This document shows, piece after piece, positions 39,496 through 50,600 of a stretch of 64,000 nucleotides of DNA. The stretch is from an uncultured Clostridia bacterium (GTDB lineage: Bacteria > Bacillota > Clostridia > TANB77 > CAG-508). The notes under the pieces were generated by a model, which was not told where the DNA came from, did not search any database, and saw nothing but the letters and a program-made list of their open reading frames with translations. The translations under genes and the position numbers were made by a program. The DNA is taken from NCBI GenBank assembly GCA_944387445.1, contig CALXEX010000001.1:870-64869 (forward strand). The letters run 5' to 3'. The number at the start of each line of letters is the position of its first letter. The stretch's first letter is position 1.

Positions 39496-41145
39496 TTATC
39501 TCCTTGCTACTTCAAATCTTTTTTCTATACTTTCTTTTCCTAATACTTGTATAATTTCATACATATCTGGTGTATTAGTTCTTCCTGTTAATGCGACTCT
39601 TAAAACTGTACTAACATCTCCTACATGTGCTTTATAGGCATCTGGATTTGCTTTATATTCTTTTACTTCTTTGGCATATCCTAGTTCTCCTGCAAGTGCT
39701 TTTATTTTGTCAAACCATTGTTGCTTGTCATCATTTTCATCATAGTATTTTTCCATATATAAATCTAATATTTTATCAACATCTTGTTTTTCATTGATTA
39801 CTTGATATGGATATTCTTGTTCTTTTGCAAAGAATTTGTCATCATACATATATTCTATATTTTCTTTGACATCTGACCATTTTGCAATATCTTTTCTAGG
39901 CTTTTTATTACCTCTTTCAATTCCAAATACTTTTAAAGCATATTCTTTATCTTGTAACATATCTTCTAATTCTTTATCATACGTTTTTGCCCATTTGAAA
40001 GCATTTTCATATACTTCTTCTGCTGTAAATTTAGAGATAACTGTTTTTCCTACATCTAATAATTTTACCATGTCAAATAATGCACCACTAACACTCATTT
40101 TATTTAATTGTAATTCAAATTCATCAATAGATTTATCTTTGTTCGCTCTTCTCCAATTTTCAAAATTAGAATTGGCAATATTTAATAAATATTCATTTAC
40201 TGCTTCTTTTGGAATTCCCATTTCATCATAATATGATACTGCTGCTTCTGGGTCTTTTCTTTTACTTAATTTTCTTTTATTTCCATTATCATTTTTCATG
40301 ATTGGTGCAATATGTGCATATTTAGGCGCTTTAAATCCTAATTCATGGAATAATTGTAAATGTAATGGAACTGATGATAACCATTCATCTCCTCTGATAA
40401 CATGTGTTGTTCTCATTAAATGGTCATCTACTGCATGTGCAAAGTGATATGTTGGTAAACCATCTGCTTTAATAATAACGATATCTTGGTCATTTTCTGG
40501 AAAATCTACATTTCCTTTTATTACATCATGATGTTTTATCTTTCTATCTTCACGTCCAGGTGATTTAAAACGAACAATATACTTCTCTCCATTATTTATT
40601 TTTTCAATGGCTTCTTCTACTGTTATATTTCTGCATTTTGCCCAAACACCATAATAGCCAGGTCTAATTTTTGCATTTTCTTGTTTTTCTCTCATTTCTT
40701 CTAGGTCTTCTGGTGTACAGAAACATGGATATGCTTTTCCTTGTTCGATTAGGTATTTTGCATAACTTTGATAAATCTCTTTTCTCATAGATTGTCTATA
40801 TGGTCCATAATTTCCTTTACCTTCTGTTTCTGAAACCATTCCTTCATCAGGGTCTATTCCAAATCTATCTAGAGATTGTACAATATCAGTTATTCCATTT
40901 TCTACTTCTCTTTTTTGATCTGTATCTTCAATTCTTAATATAAATACACCTTCTGTTTGATTGGCTAACTTTCTAGCGATTAAAGATTGATATAATCCTC
41001 CTATATGTACAAATCCTGTTGGACTTGGCGCAAATCTTGTTACAATGGCTCCTTCTTTTAAATTTCTCTCTGGATATTTTTCCTCATAATATGTGATATC
41101 CTTTGCATCTGGAAATATTGCATTTGCTAAATCTTTATAATCCAT
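39496..41145 (-). CDS. gltX: Glutamyl-tRNA synthetase (long form)
   Basis: 549-aa ORF with a HIGH-type motif (PSPTGFVHIGGL) and KMSKS-type motif (KLSKRK). Confidence 0.88.
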   Translation of the reverse strand: MDYKDLANAIFPDAKDITYYEEKYPERNLKEGAIVTRFAPSPTGFVHIGGLYQSLIARKLANQTEGVFILRIEDTDQKREVENGITDIVQSLDRFGIDPDEGMVSETEGKGNYGPYRQSMRKEIYQSYAKYLIEQGKAYPCFCTPEDLEEMREKQENAKIRPGYYGVWAKCRNITVEEAIEKINNGEKYIVRFKSPGREDRKIKHHDVIKGNVDFPENDQDIVIIKADGLPTYHFAHAVDDHLMRTTHVIRGDEWLSSVPLHLQLFHELGFKAPKYAHIAPIMKNDNGNKRKLSKRKDPEAAVSYYDEMGIPKEAVNEYLLNIANSNFENWRRANKDKSIDEFELQLNKMSVSGALFDMVKLLDVGKTVISKFTAEEVYENAFKWAKTYDKELEDMLQDKEYALKVFGIERGNKKPRKDIAKWSDVKENIEYMYDDKFFAKEQEYPYQVINEKQDVDKILDLYMEKYYDENDDKQQWFDKIKALAGELGYAKEVKEYKANPDAYKAHVGDVSTVLRVALTGRTNTPDMYEIIQVLGKESIEKRFEVARR

Positions 41146-41146
41146 T

Positions 41147-41386
41147 TTATCTTTCCTCTCCTCCTATTTTTCTTGTATTATTCCTTCCTTTTTTAATGTC
41201 TTTTTTTCCCTCTTCTTCTTTTTGATGTGCTTCTGATATCAATAAAAATAAATGCTGACTAGTAAATTTTGCTCTTTCTTCTTTTGACATTTTTCCTTTT
41301 AATATTCTTTTAATATCATTTAGCGATTTATGTTGATTGTTTAGAATGATTTGAATTGCTTCTTCTTTTGTCATTTTTTCAATCAC
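41147..41386 (-). CDS. Hypothetical small basic protein
   Basis: 79-aa ORF. Its stop abuts the gltX start. I recognise no family. Confidence 0.35.
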   Translation of the reverse strand: MIEKMTKEEAIQIILNNQHKSLNDIKRILKGKMSKEERAKFTSQHLFLLISEAHQKEEEGKKDIKKGRNNTRKIGGEER

Positions 41387-41491
41387 TAACCTTTCTTTAT
41401 TTTTTATTAAATCGTTTCTTTATGTCAAACATTATACTACATTCTTAAGCATTTCACAAGTCTTTTTCCTGAGTTTTAAAGGAAGCTCTTC

Positions 41492-42370
41492 TTAATCTTT
41501 TTGAGTCTTTGAGTGTGAACTCATTTTATTTAATACCTTAACCGCTTTAAACATTTTAGAGCTTCTAAAATTCTTAATAGCATCTGGTATGCGAGATACA
41601 TATACTCCTAAAATCACACACAACACACATAAAATGGTTTCTAACCATGTCATCCCTTGTGGTAAAAGTACAAATATGGATCCAATCGTAAAACCGATGA
41701 TACTGTAAAAGGTCTGTGCATAATATTTTTCTAACAATTTTTTAGTTAATTTCATCACAATAATACTTCCTAATACTAATCCAATTCCCATAGGAATTAA
41801 TACTGGTAAATATAGATTGGCAACTGACTGTAAATAAACAGAATATACGCTTAATAACATTAAAATAATCGTACTACTCACACCTGGTACAACAATTCCT
41901 AAAGACATAATAGCCCCACACATAACCAAATACATGGCACTCATACCATTTACATTGCTAACTATGTGCATTTTGTTCTCTAATAGCACTGTTATAATTC
42001 CAATTGCTAATGCTATCAACAAATAAATCACATTTTGTGGCTTAAATGTTGCTTTTTCATTAACTTCTTTTATTAAAGAAGGAATGGTTCCAATAATTAA
42101 TCCAATAAATATAGACTTGGTTTGTATAGGAAATTCATACAAAAGATAATTTAACATATTACTAAATAATAAAACACCGATTCCAACACCTACAACAATA
42201 GGAAATAAAAACTTAAAATTCTTTTTCAGATCTTTAAAAAAATTTAAAACAGCATCTAATAATTTCTCATAAATACCAAAAATTACACATAGTACGCCAC
42301 TACTAACACCTGGCACAATTGCTCCTGCTCCAATAAAAATACCTTTTATCATATTTAAAAATCCATTCAT
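41492..42370 (-). CDS. DUF368-family membrane protein (family implicated in undecaprenyl-phosphate translocation)
   Basis: Duplicated PGVSSG / PGVSST signatures and about 8 TM segments. The ATG at 42370 is preceded by GAGGAG. Confidence 0.7.
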   Translation of the reverse strand: MNGFLNMIKGIFIGAGAIVPGVSSGVLCVIFGIYEKLLDAVLNFFKDLKKNFKFLFPIVVGVGIGVLLFSNMLNYLLYEFPIQTKSIFIGLIIGTIPSLIKEVNEKATFKPQNVIYLLIALAIGIITVLLENKMHIVSNVNGMSAMYLVMCGAIMSLGIVVPGVSSTIILMLLSVYSVYLQSVANLYLPVLIPMGIGLVLGSIIVMKLTKKLLEKYYAQTFYSIIGFTIGSIFVLLPQGMTWLETILCVLCVILGVYVSRIPDAIKNFRSSKMFKAVKVLNKMSSHSKTQKD

Positions 42371-42620
42371 ACATATACTCCTCAAAAATATATCTAGAAA
42401 AACTCACATTCTCCCTTCTTATTTTATGAATTTCTTTTTATTTCATTCATTTAAAAGATATTTTTTAGTAATTACATATAATTATAAAAAAATAAACAGC
42501 TTATTACACAACACATTAAAATACTGTTGTATCCTTGACTATAATTTATGTATCATTTTGGAATTTATAGATTTCAATTTTTGAATTTTTAATAAACTTT
42601 GATTTAAAATTATAAATAAC

Positions 42621-42671
42621 ATTGGGACCATGTCCAAATGGACCCGACTCAAACTAAGACCCAATAGACCC
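42621..42671. repeat. GC-rich GGACC/GACCCAAT module of the intergenic repeat family
   Basis: attGGGACCatgtccaaatGGACCCgactcaaactaaGACCCAATAGACCCAAAA. Confidence 0.7.
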
Positions 42672-42814
42672 AAAATAATTATTTTTTAATGGTCAGGCAC
42701 TTTTATTGTTCTCAAACATATAATTTGTTATGCGAGATTTTAATGCACATTGAAATCTATTTTATTGCTTATACATTTAAAATTTTCTTATTTTATATAT
42801 TTGGAGGTGCCTAT

Positions 42815-43534
42815 ATGTTTTCTGCACTTTGTCTGTCTGGTATTTTAGGATTTATTGAATTTCTAAAATCTTCTGTGTTTTTAGTTGGATATATTTCTAG
42901 TAGTAATATATTCCCTGAACCATTGACTTCTGAAGAAGAAAAAATGTATTTGATACAAATGAAAAATGGTGATGAGGAAGCCAGAAATATCTTAATTGAA
43001 AGAAATCTAAGATTGGTTGCCCACATTAGCAAAAAATATTCAACCACGAATGTTGATCAAGATGATTTAATTTCGATTGGTACCATTGGATTAATAAAAG
43101 GTATTAATAGTTTTAATGTTGATAAAGGTTCCAAACTTTCTACATACGTTTCTAGATGTATTGATAATGAAATTTTAATGCATTTAAGAGCTACCAAAAA
43201 ATTAGGAGCTGAAGTGTATTTAAATGAACCTATTGGAAAAGACAAAGATGATAATGTGATTACTTTACAGGAAATTTTAGAAAATGATGAAAGAAATATT
43301 GAAGATACAGTCGATATCAAAATGAAAATTAAATTATTATATGAAAAAATGAAGTCTATTTTAAAAGATAGAGAAAAAACAATTTTGGAACTTCGTTTCG
43401 GTCTTGGTGGTCATAAACCTAAAACACAACATGAAATTGCTAAGATGATGGGTATTTCTCGTTCCTATGTTTCTAGGATTGAGACGAAAGCGATTGGAAA
43501 ATTGTCTAGAGAGTTTAAAAATTTGACCCAATAG
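42815..43534 (+). CDS. sigK: Sporulation sigma factor SigK (pro-sigma-K), uninterrupted
   Basis: The pro-sequence is followed by NIFPEPLTSEEEKMYL...ERNLRLVAHISKKY...LISIGTIGLIKGI...ILMHLRATKK...ISRSYVSRIE, a pattern close to SigK. The ATG at 42815 is preceded by GGAGGTG. Confidence 0.8.
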   Translation: MFSALCLSGILGFIEFLKSSVFLVGYISSSNIFPEPLTSEEEKMYLIQMKNGDEEARNILIERNLRLVAHISKKYSTTNVDQDDLISIGTIGLIKGINSFNVDKGSKLSTYVSRCIDNEILMHLRATKKLGAEVYLNEPIGKDKDDNVITLQEILENDERNIEDTVDIKMKIKLLYEKMKSILKDREKTILELRFGLGGHKPKTQHEIAKMMGISRSYVSRIETKAIGKLSREFKNLTQ

Positions 43535-43648
43535 TCCAATTATCTTAATAAACTTTTGATAAGATTTTCTCATTTTTTGATTTTTTAGGAAAGTTTTTTG
43601 ATTCATTTTTACTTATGCATGCTATTTTTATTGCTTTTTCATTACTTT

Positions 43649-43676
43649 TTTACAAAAATATTACATTTTTATTACA
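43649..43676 (-). promoter_or_regulatory. Three phased TGTAAW half-sites (WalR/OmpR-family-like) abutting a consensus promoter
   Basis: Minus-sense sequence reads TGTAAT-aaaaa-TGTAAT-atttt-TGTAAA with an exact 11-nt period. It ends 7 nt upstream of the -35 box at 43684 and is inverted relative to that promoter. Confidence 0.35.
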
Positions 43677-43683
43677 AAAAGTG

Positions 43684-43712
43684 TTGACATTTGTAATTTT
43701 TTATTCTACAAT
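43684..43712 (+). promoter_or_regulatory. Near-consensus sigma-A promoter
   Basis: TTGACA, exact 17-nt spacer, TACAAT. Confidence 0.7.
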
Positions 43713-43713
43713 T

Positions 43714-43742
43714 AATTTGTAGTAGTTAAAAAACTACAAATT
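43714..43742 (+). promoter_or_regulatory. Perfect 10-bp inverted repeat at the transcript 5' end (operator or 5' stem-loop)
   Basis: AATTTGTAGT-agttaaaaa-ACTACAAATT begins 2 nt after the -10 box. Confidence 0.5.
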
Positions 43743-43790
43743 TTGCTAAAGATTTTTATGATTTACGATAGATAAAAGGAGTGATATACA

Positions 43791-43958
43791 ATGGATATGG
43801 AAAGGGAAATTTACCCAAAATCGAATTGTTTAGCTTTAACAGTTAGAAAAGAACATAGATTAGTTTGTATTAATAGGGCTGCTAGAAAAACAATTAGAGT
43901 TTCTTGGAAAACTTTATTATATGCTTTAGTTTTAACAGTTGCTAATATTTTTGTTTAG
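43791..43958 (+). CDS. Candidate 55-aa basic protein with a hydrophobic C-terminus
   Basis: Below the ORF-track size cutoff. RBS AAAGGAG sits 9 nt before the ATG. It encodes MDMEREIYPKSNCLALTVRKEHRLVCINRAARKTIRVSWKTLLYALVLTVANIFV and has its own promoter and terminator. Confidence 0.5.
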   Translation: MDMEREIYPKSNCLALTVRKEHRLVCINRAARKTIRVSWKTLLYALVLTVANIFV

Positions 43959-43972
43959 GATATATATATGAT

Positions 43973-44006
43973 AAAAGACTTCGAATATTATTTCGAAGTC
44001 TTTTTT
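43973..44006. terminator. Bidirectional rho-independent terminator
   Basis: 13-bp perfect stem AAAAGACTTCGAA / TTCGAAGTCTTTT with a 6-nt loop. The A-run and T-run are part of the arms. Confidence 0.75.
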
Positions 44007-44078
44007 GAAGTTTATTCAAATTCTTTTTTCAAATCTTCTTAATTCCTTATATTGATTACTTATATTTATTGCTTATAT

Positions 44079-44555
44079 CTATTCTTCCACTACACCTTTG
44101 ATATCAAATTCAACAAATTTATCTAACGGTTCAGAAGTTTTAATTTCTATTTCTTGTGTCTCTCCTTTTTCTAAATCTGTTATTTTATATGGATATTTAT
44201 AAACTTTATTTCCCTCTTCACTTTTAAAAATAAGTTGAACGCGTTTATTATTAAATTTTTCCCCTGATGTATTTGTTAAAAAGGCTTTCCATGTGTATAC
44301 ACCACCATTTTCTTCAATTTTTATGTCTTTCAGTTCCATTCCTAAAACTTCTTTTTCTTCTAAGATTCCTGTTTCAGTCTCTTCCTGTTTATTCAAAAAA
44401 TTTGTTACCAAAAAATATATAGCAATCAAACCAAGAATAATAATAAATGAAATAAATATGTTTTTTACGAATTTCTTAGATGTTTTTTTCTCACCTTGTC
44501 TTTCATGATGTTTTCTTTTCTTTTCTGGTTTTAACATTCGTTTTGCTTTTTTCAC
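44079..44555 (-). CDS. Hypothetical membrane-anchored protein (last gene of the adhesin locus)
   Basis: 158-aa ORF with a basic N-terminus, one TM (IFISFIIILGLIAIYFLV) and an extracytoplasmic ~90-aa domain. Confidence 0.5.
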   Translation of the reverse strand: MKKAKRMLKPEKKRKHHERQGEKKTSKKFVKNIFISFIIILGLIAIYFLVTNFLNKQEETETGILEEKEVLGMELKDIKIEENGGVYTWKAFLTNTSGEKFNNKRVQLIFKSEEGNKVYKYPYKITDLEKGETQEIEIKTSEPLDKFVEFDIKGVVEE

Positions 44556-44586
44556 TTTAAATCTCCCTTTTATTGTGAATGTTTAT

Positions 44587-44623
44587 TGTTGAAAGCAGAA
44601 GTTTTTTATACTTCTGCTTTCAA
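44587..44623. other. Perfect 15-bp hairpin between the adhesin gene and the 158-aa gene
   Basis: GTTGAAAGCAGAAGT-tttttat-ACTTCTGCTTTCAAC. There is no clear T-run on the minus strand, so it may be an attenuator or processing site rather than a strong terminator. Confidence 0.5.
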
Positions 44624-44678
44624 CACTGTTCTTTGTCATTCTTGTATATGTCATTACTTTATAGCTTTTTTGAATATT

Positions 44679-47600
44679 TTATTCTACCGTATAAATTTGC
44701 ATATTGATTGTTGCATCTTCTGGTACACCATACTCCCTTAAGAACTTCTTTAAATCAAATTCATTATTTGTAACATAATTTGATTTAAATTCTGCTCCAT
44801 TAAGCACTACTTTTATTGGTGCATTATCTATATTATTTCCTGTGTATATAGTAATTTCTGCATTATTTGCGATATTGATATTTTTACCTTTATCACTTAA
44901 TAATACCGTTCCTTTACCAGTAACAGTTCTTAAGTTATGTTCTTTATTGATATCTTCGCTTTCTTCAATATCCTTAAAAGCATTTTCCAAATCTTTTGTA
45001 TTATATGCATTAAATATTTTTTCATCATATTGTCCATTTAGTAAATCATCAAGATCATCTGATGCTTTTGTAAATCCTATTGCATATAATTTAGATTTAA
45101 TTCCATTTACTTTTTGATTTCTGATTTCTTTTGCATAATCGTCAACTTTGCTTGAATCACCTTTATTGTTATTTCCATCAGTAATTAATATTGCACTTGT
45201 AACAATGTCTTTATCAACTTGTGATTTTACCTTCTCTTTTGCTACTTTTAATCCTGATGCGATATTAGTTCCTGATTGTAATCCTGGTTTTGTTACTTTA
45301 TATCCGATGTAGCTTGACGTTTTGTCAAGAATTTGTAATAGGTCAACATCTATCACATAAGTTCCATCTCCATTGTCTTTAAATTTGCTCTTATCTGAAT
45401 ATGAACTTCCTTTACCATTATCTTCAAATATCTTTTTAAATGCTTTTTCAGGATCTTTTTGTTTACTGCAATATTCTGCAAAGTCAATTGCTGCATTATA
45501 TTGTGTTTCAGTAAATCTGTATCTATATTGATCTTTTACTTTTTCTGGATCTGTCATAAATCCTGTATTTAGTACGACTCCATCACAGAATCCTACAATT
45601 GCAATTGAGCGTTTTTCTCCAATATTATCTCCTAAATATGATTCTACGAAATTATCTAATGCTGTTTTTAATTGATACCATCTTGTATTTTGATATCCAC
45701 CTGTTGCTAACACATCAGTTTCATCCTTACTTGCATCTACTTTTGAGCCTAAACTTAATGTCATATCTACTACTAAAACAACACTTTGTTGACCCAATTC
45801 TGTTTTTGTTTCGTAAATATTAATTTCTTTCATTGCATTATTAGTAATTTTCTCTGAAGTATTTCCTTCACCATCTGTTGCTTGATTTGTGATTGTTGTT
45901 CCTAATGCTTCATTCATAACTTTTACTGTAAATGTAATTGTTACTTTTCCATTTCCTGGTACAGATAATTCTAATTTACCATTCTTCATGTCTTCTATTT
46001 GAGCGTCAGATAATTTTGTTGTTTCTCCACCAGTTGTTGTTACACGAATACCATCTTCGGTTAATTCTGTATTTGCTGGTATTTCTTCTTTAACTGTTGT
46101 CTTACCTGGTACTGGTGAGTTATTTTCTAATACAACCTTGTAAGTAATGGTTGATCCGACTTTTATCTCTTTACCATTTGTATCTGAATATTTATGGATT
46201 TCAATATCAGATTTCATGTTTGCAGTTATAATAGCGGTTGCATCTTTTTCTATTGGTGTTGTTGGATCTTCTCCTTCTGTTCTATTTTCTGCATTACCTG
46301 TCATTGTAGCAATATTTTCAATTGGCAATGTATCTTTATCTGTATTATCTCTATCCATACTTCCTATTTCATAAGTTACAACAACTTCTACAGTTTCTCC
46401 TGGTTCTAATGTTGCTTTTTGTCCTTCTAATAAGTCTTCTCCTTCTATTTTAGCTGGATTGTTTATTGTAATATTTGTTCCTGCTGGTAATACTGTTGCA
46501 CTTACGACTGTTACATCTCTGTCATCTGTTAGTTTGAAATCTTTTATGGTAATATTTCCAGAGTTTGTTGCTGTAATTTTGTAAGTTAATACATCTGTTT
46601 TATTAGCTTTATCATTATATGTGATTGTATTGGTTTCTTTATCTTCTACACCTGGTTTTGTTGGTGTTTTATTAACCTTTGTGATTTCTTTCTTAATTGA
46701 AGATTCAAGGTCATAATCTACCATAACGGTTGCTGTACTTTCTTCTTCAGGTGTTTCCTTACTTGTAACATTTGCTGTATTAGACATTTCATCTACGTTG
46801 GCTACATCAGATAATTGTACTTTATAAGATAATGTTAAGATATAACCATCATTAGGTTCTATGGTTGTTGATACATTTGCTGTATTTAATAAGTTATCAT
46901 TTATATTGTCAGTTGATTTATTAACATTTTTTGGTGTTCCCATTTCACCATTATCAATAGGTGTCACACTTACAATGTTAACTAGTCTTTCATCTGTTAC
47001 ATTTACATCATTTAATGTTACATTTCCTTCATTTTTTACCACAATGTTGTAAATGATAGTATCTCCATTATTTACTGCTTGTGAATCATATACTGTCTCT
47101 GTTCCTTTTTCAGTAACTTTATTTTGATCTATAATATTTGGTGTTTGTGTTCCGTTAAGAATAACTTGTTCAGCTGTCTTTTTAATGGTTATGTCTGGTA
47201 CTTCACGTCTATTGGTTATGTCATAACTTGTTACTGTTGCTTTATAACCTACAACTTCATCTTCTGAAACTGTATACTTAATTTCTTTTCCATTTGAATA
47301 TTTCGGAACATCTTCAAATGTATATTCCCAGTTGTCACTTTCTTTTACTATTTTTGATTGAACGATATTGTCATTTGCTAATAAATTAACTTTTATTTCT
47401 TCTGGTCTTTTTCCATCATGGTTATTAACATCATCCCAAGTTTTTTGACCATGAATATCGATTGTTTCTGGAGTATATTTATTAATCAAATTGTATTTGT
47501 TTTCTGGGTCTACTGATACTGTATATTTAGATTCAGGAATTGTTTCTTCTGCAATTTGATATTCAATTTCTACTCCATTTTCATATTTTGGTACATTTGC

Positions 47601-50600
47601 AAAACTATATTTCCATTCACCATTTTGGTCTGCTTCTACATCCATTCTAGCATATTCTTTAAATTCTCCTTCTGTTCCGACTCTGTAATTTAAAATAACT
47701 GTAATTTTAGTAGGTCTCTTTCCATCTCTGTTACTATCATCATCCCATTTTTTGGTTCCTTCAATAGTTTGACTTCCTGGCTGAATTGTATTGGTAAAGT
47801 TGTTTCCATCTTGAGTTGTGTCATATCCTGTTACTGCAACTTCTCTTACTGAATATTTATATTCTTTTCCTGTCTCTAAGTTGTATCTTGGTAATCCCGT
47901 AAAGCTATATGTTCCATTTCCTGTTACGGTTGTTGTGGTTGCTTCTGGTGTTGTTGGGTTTCCATCTCTTAATAATTCAATCGTTGCTGTTAATGTACTA
48001 GGATCTTCTGGTGTTACCCATGTCTTTGTTCCACTAATTCCAGCTGTATATTCTTGTTTGATGATATTTGTAAAGTCGTTTCTAACTTGATTTGTGTCAT
48101 ATCCTGGTACTGGTACTTCTTTTACTGAATATGTATATTCGTGTCCATCTGTTAAATCATATTTAGGTAAATTGTTAAAGCTATATGTTCCATTTCCTGT
48201 TACGGTTGTTGTGGTTGCTTCTGGTGTTGTTGGTTCTCCATCTCTTAATAATTCAATCGTTGCTGTTAATGTATTAACATCTTCTACTGGTGTTATCCAT
48301 GTCTTTGTTCCACCAATACTTGTTGTTGCATTTTCATCTATATTCGTAAAATTGTTTTCATCTTTTAGAGTGGTAAATCCGTCTACTATTAGTTCTTTTA
48401 CAGAATATGTATATTCGTGTCCATCTGTTAAGTCATATTTGTCTAATTTATTAAATGCATATGTGTTATTTCCTGTTACTGTTGTTGTCGTTGGTGGAGT
48501 TGTTGGTTCTCCATCTCTTAATAATTCGATGGTTGCTGTTAATGTATTGACATTTTTATCTGTAATCCATTTCTTTTCTCCACTAATTTGTTCATATTCT
48601 TTAATGACAGTATCTTCAGTTTGATTTGTTGGTGTTCCATCTACTTTTGCATCAGCATTTCTAATAACTTTTGTATCTGTTCCTGTAAATGGATTTACAC
48701 GAACAGAGAATGTTACAGTAGCTGTTCCACCGTTTTCAGCAACAGTTACATCAATTCCCTCATTTAATTGTTTTTCTTCATAATTTCCTTGATTATTCAC
48801 TTTGATTGAATCTGGAACAAGTGTTGTTCCTTCTGGTACTGTATCAGATACTTTTACAGTTCCAGCTGTTTCTCCATGATTTGTTAATGTAATTGTATAT
48901 GTAATCACATCTAATTCATGAAGCTCTTTTCCTTCATAAGCACTTGATTTTACTGCTGTTATATTGGCTACTTTTGTTTCTTCTGAAGGTACTGGTTCTT
49001 CAGGTGTATTTGGATCTTCTGTAATATATGCTGTATTTTGAACTTTTGATGTGTAGTCATTTTCTACTGTTTTTTCTACAGCTGTTACTACAATTTCTAC
49101 TTTAACTGTTTTTTCGCCTGGCACAGCAATAGAATAGTTTCCACTTGTTAATTGTGCTTCTGTTATTGTAGTTTGTTCATTACCTTCACCATCAAACAAT
49201 GTTGCACTTTCAAATTCTGTTCCATTAGGTGTTGAATCTCTTAATATAACTGTTCCTGCTTGGTTTCCTTTATTAGTTAATTCAATTGTATATTTAATTT
49301 GTTCTCCTACTTTAACTGATGTTTTGTCAGCCTTCTTCGTAGCAGTGATATCTACTGTGTTTACTTCTTCTGTATCTGTTGGTTTTTCATTATCTCCAAT
49401 CAATGCCACATTTGCTATTACACCATCAATATTGGTTACTTCTACTGAGAATACAACTTTTGCCGTCGAATTTTCTGCTACATCTACTAAAATGCCAGAA
49501 ATTAATTCATCAGCTGAGTATGTTTTATCTCCTACTGTCACATTTCCGTGCATTTTTGCATTTTTTAATATGTTTGCTAACTCTTTATCTTTTACTATGA
49601 TACTTCCTGGTACTTTACCTGTATTTTCTACAGATATTGTATATGTAATAATATCTCCAACTTTTGCTACATTAACTGGTGTTCCTTTTCTTGTAATCAC
49701 ACTTGTTTTATCTGTTTTAATGATTGATGTTTCTGTTGGATTTCCTTCATTACTTTCTTCACCATTAGCGATAGCAACATTTGAAATTGTTCCTGTTGCA
49801 TCATCATTAACTCTTACTGTAAATTCTACTGTTGTTGTTCCTTTAACCTCTTCTGTTGATGCATCTACATCTACTAACCATCTTAAAGATGTTACATTAC
49901 CTTCTGCATCTGTAAATGTTTCCACATCTCCCATACTAGATACATATGTTGTACCTTCTGGTATTGCGTCTGTTACATAGATTCTCTCTATTTTTTCATT
50001 TGTTTTGTTTTGTACAGTAATCGTATATGTAATAGTTTCTCCAGGTTGAACCAATGTACTTCCTGATTGTGTTGTAGCTGTTTTGGTTACTGCAACATCT
50101 GTTGGTTCTACTGAATCAATATTACTGTATGCACTAGCAAATGATGCTTGCAATTCTCTTGGTGTCCAAATTTTATCTTCACCTTCTGCTACTAATCTTT
50201 CAGGAATTGTTACTGTTTCTTCTCTTGAAATGGTTGTTTCTTGAATATTGTCTGTTGTTGTAGTTATTCCTGTTTCTCCTGTTGTTGTACCTGTTGTTGT
50301 TCCAGTAGCTCCAGTTGTACCTGTTGCTCCTGTTCCAGCAGTACCTTGGTTAGCCCCTCCAGTAGTTGTTGTGTCTGCATCTGCTGTTTCAGTTGGTTCA
50401 GTTGTTGCTGGTTCTGTTCCTTCTGTTGCTTGCTCCTCAGCACTTTGGGTTGCTGGCTCTCCTGACTGTTCTTGTGTATCAGTCGTTGTTGGTTGTTCTT
50501 CTTGTGTTGTTCCAGTTGTTTGTTCATTGTAGCTTGCTAAATCTGTAGCTTCTGTTGTACCTCTATTTTTCAAGAATACTACAGTACCTACAATTGCTGC

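Noticed and set aside
42815-43534. Possible skin-like interruption of sigK, and a minus-strand ORF at 43361-43606 antisense to sigK
   Set aside because: sigK reads through all four sigma regions as one uninterrupted ORF. The antisense ORF has no RBS and a low-complexity product.
47818-49980. Long plus-strand ORFs (47818-48090, 48094-48624, 49324-49980) inside the adhesin gene
   Set aside because: These are shadow ORFs on the strand opposite a repetitive Thr/Val/Gly-rich coding region. Their products are low-complexity S/V/F-rich strings that mirror the minus-strand repeats.
50241-50548. Several overlapping ORFs in both strands over the Thr-rich stalk region (Cys-rich, Val-rich and Gln-rich peptides)
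   Set aside because: These are alternative-frame translations of simple-sequence DNA (ACN/GTN repeats) within the 1997-aa gene, not independent genes.
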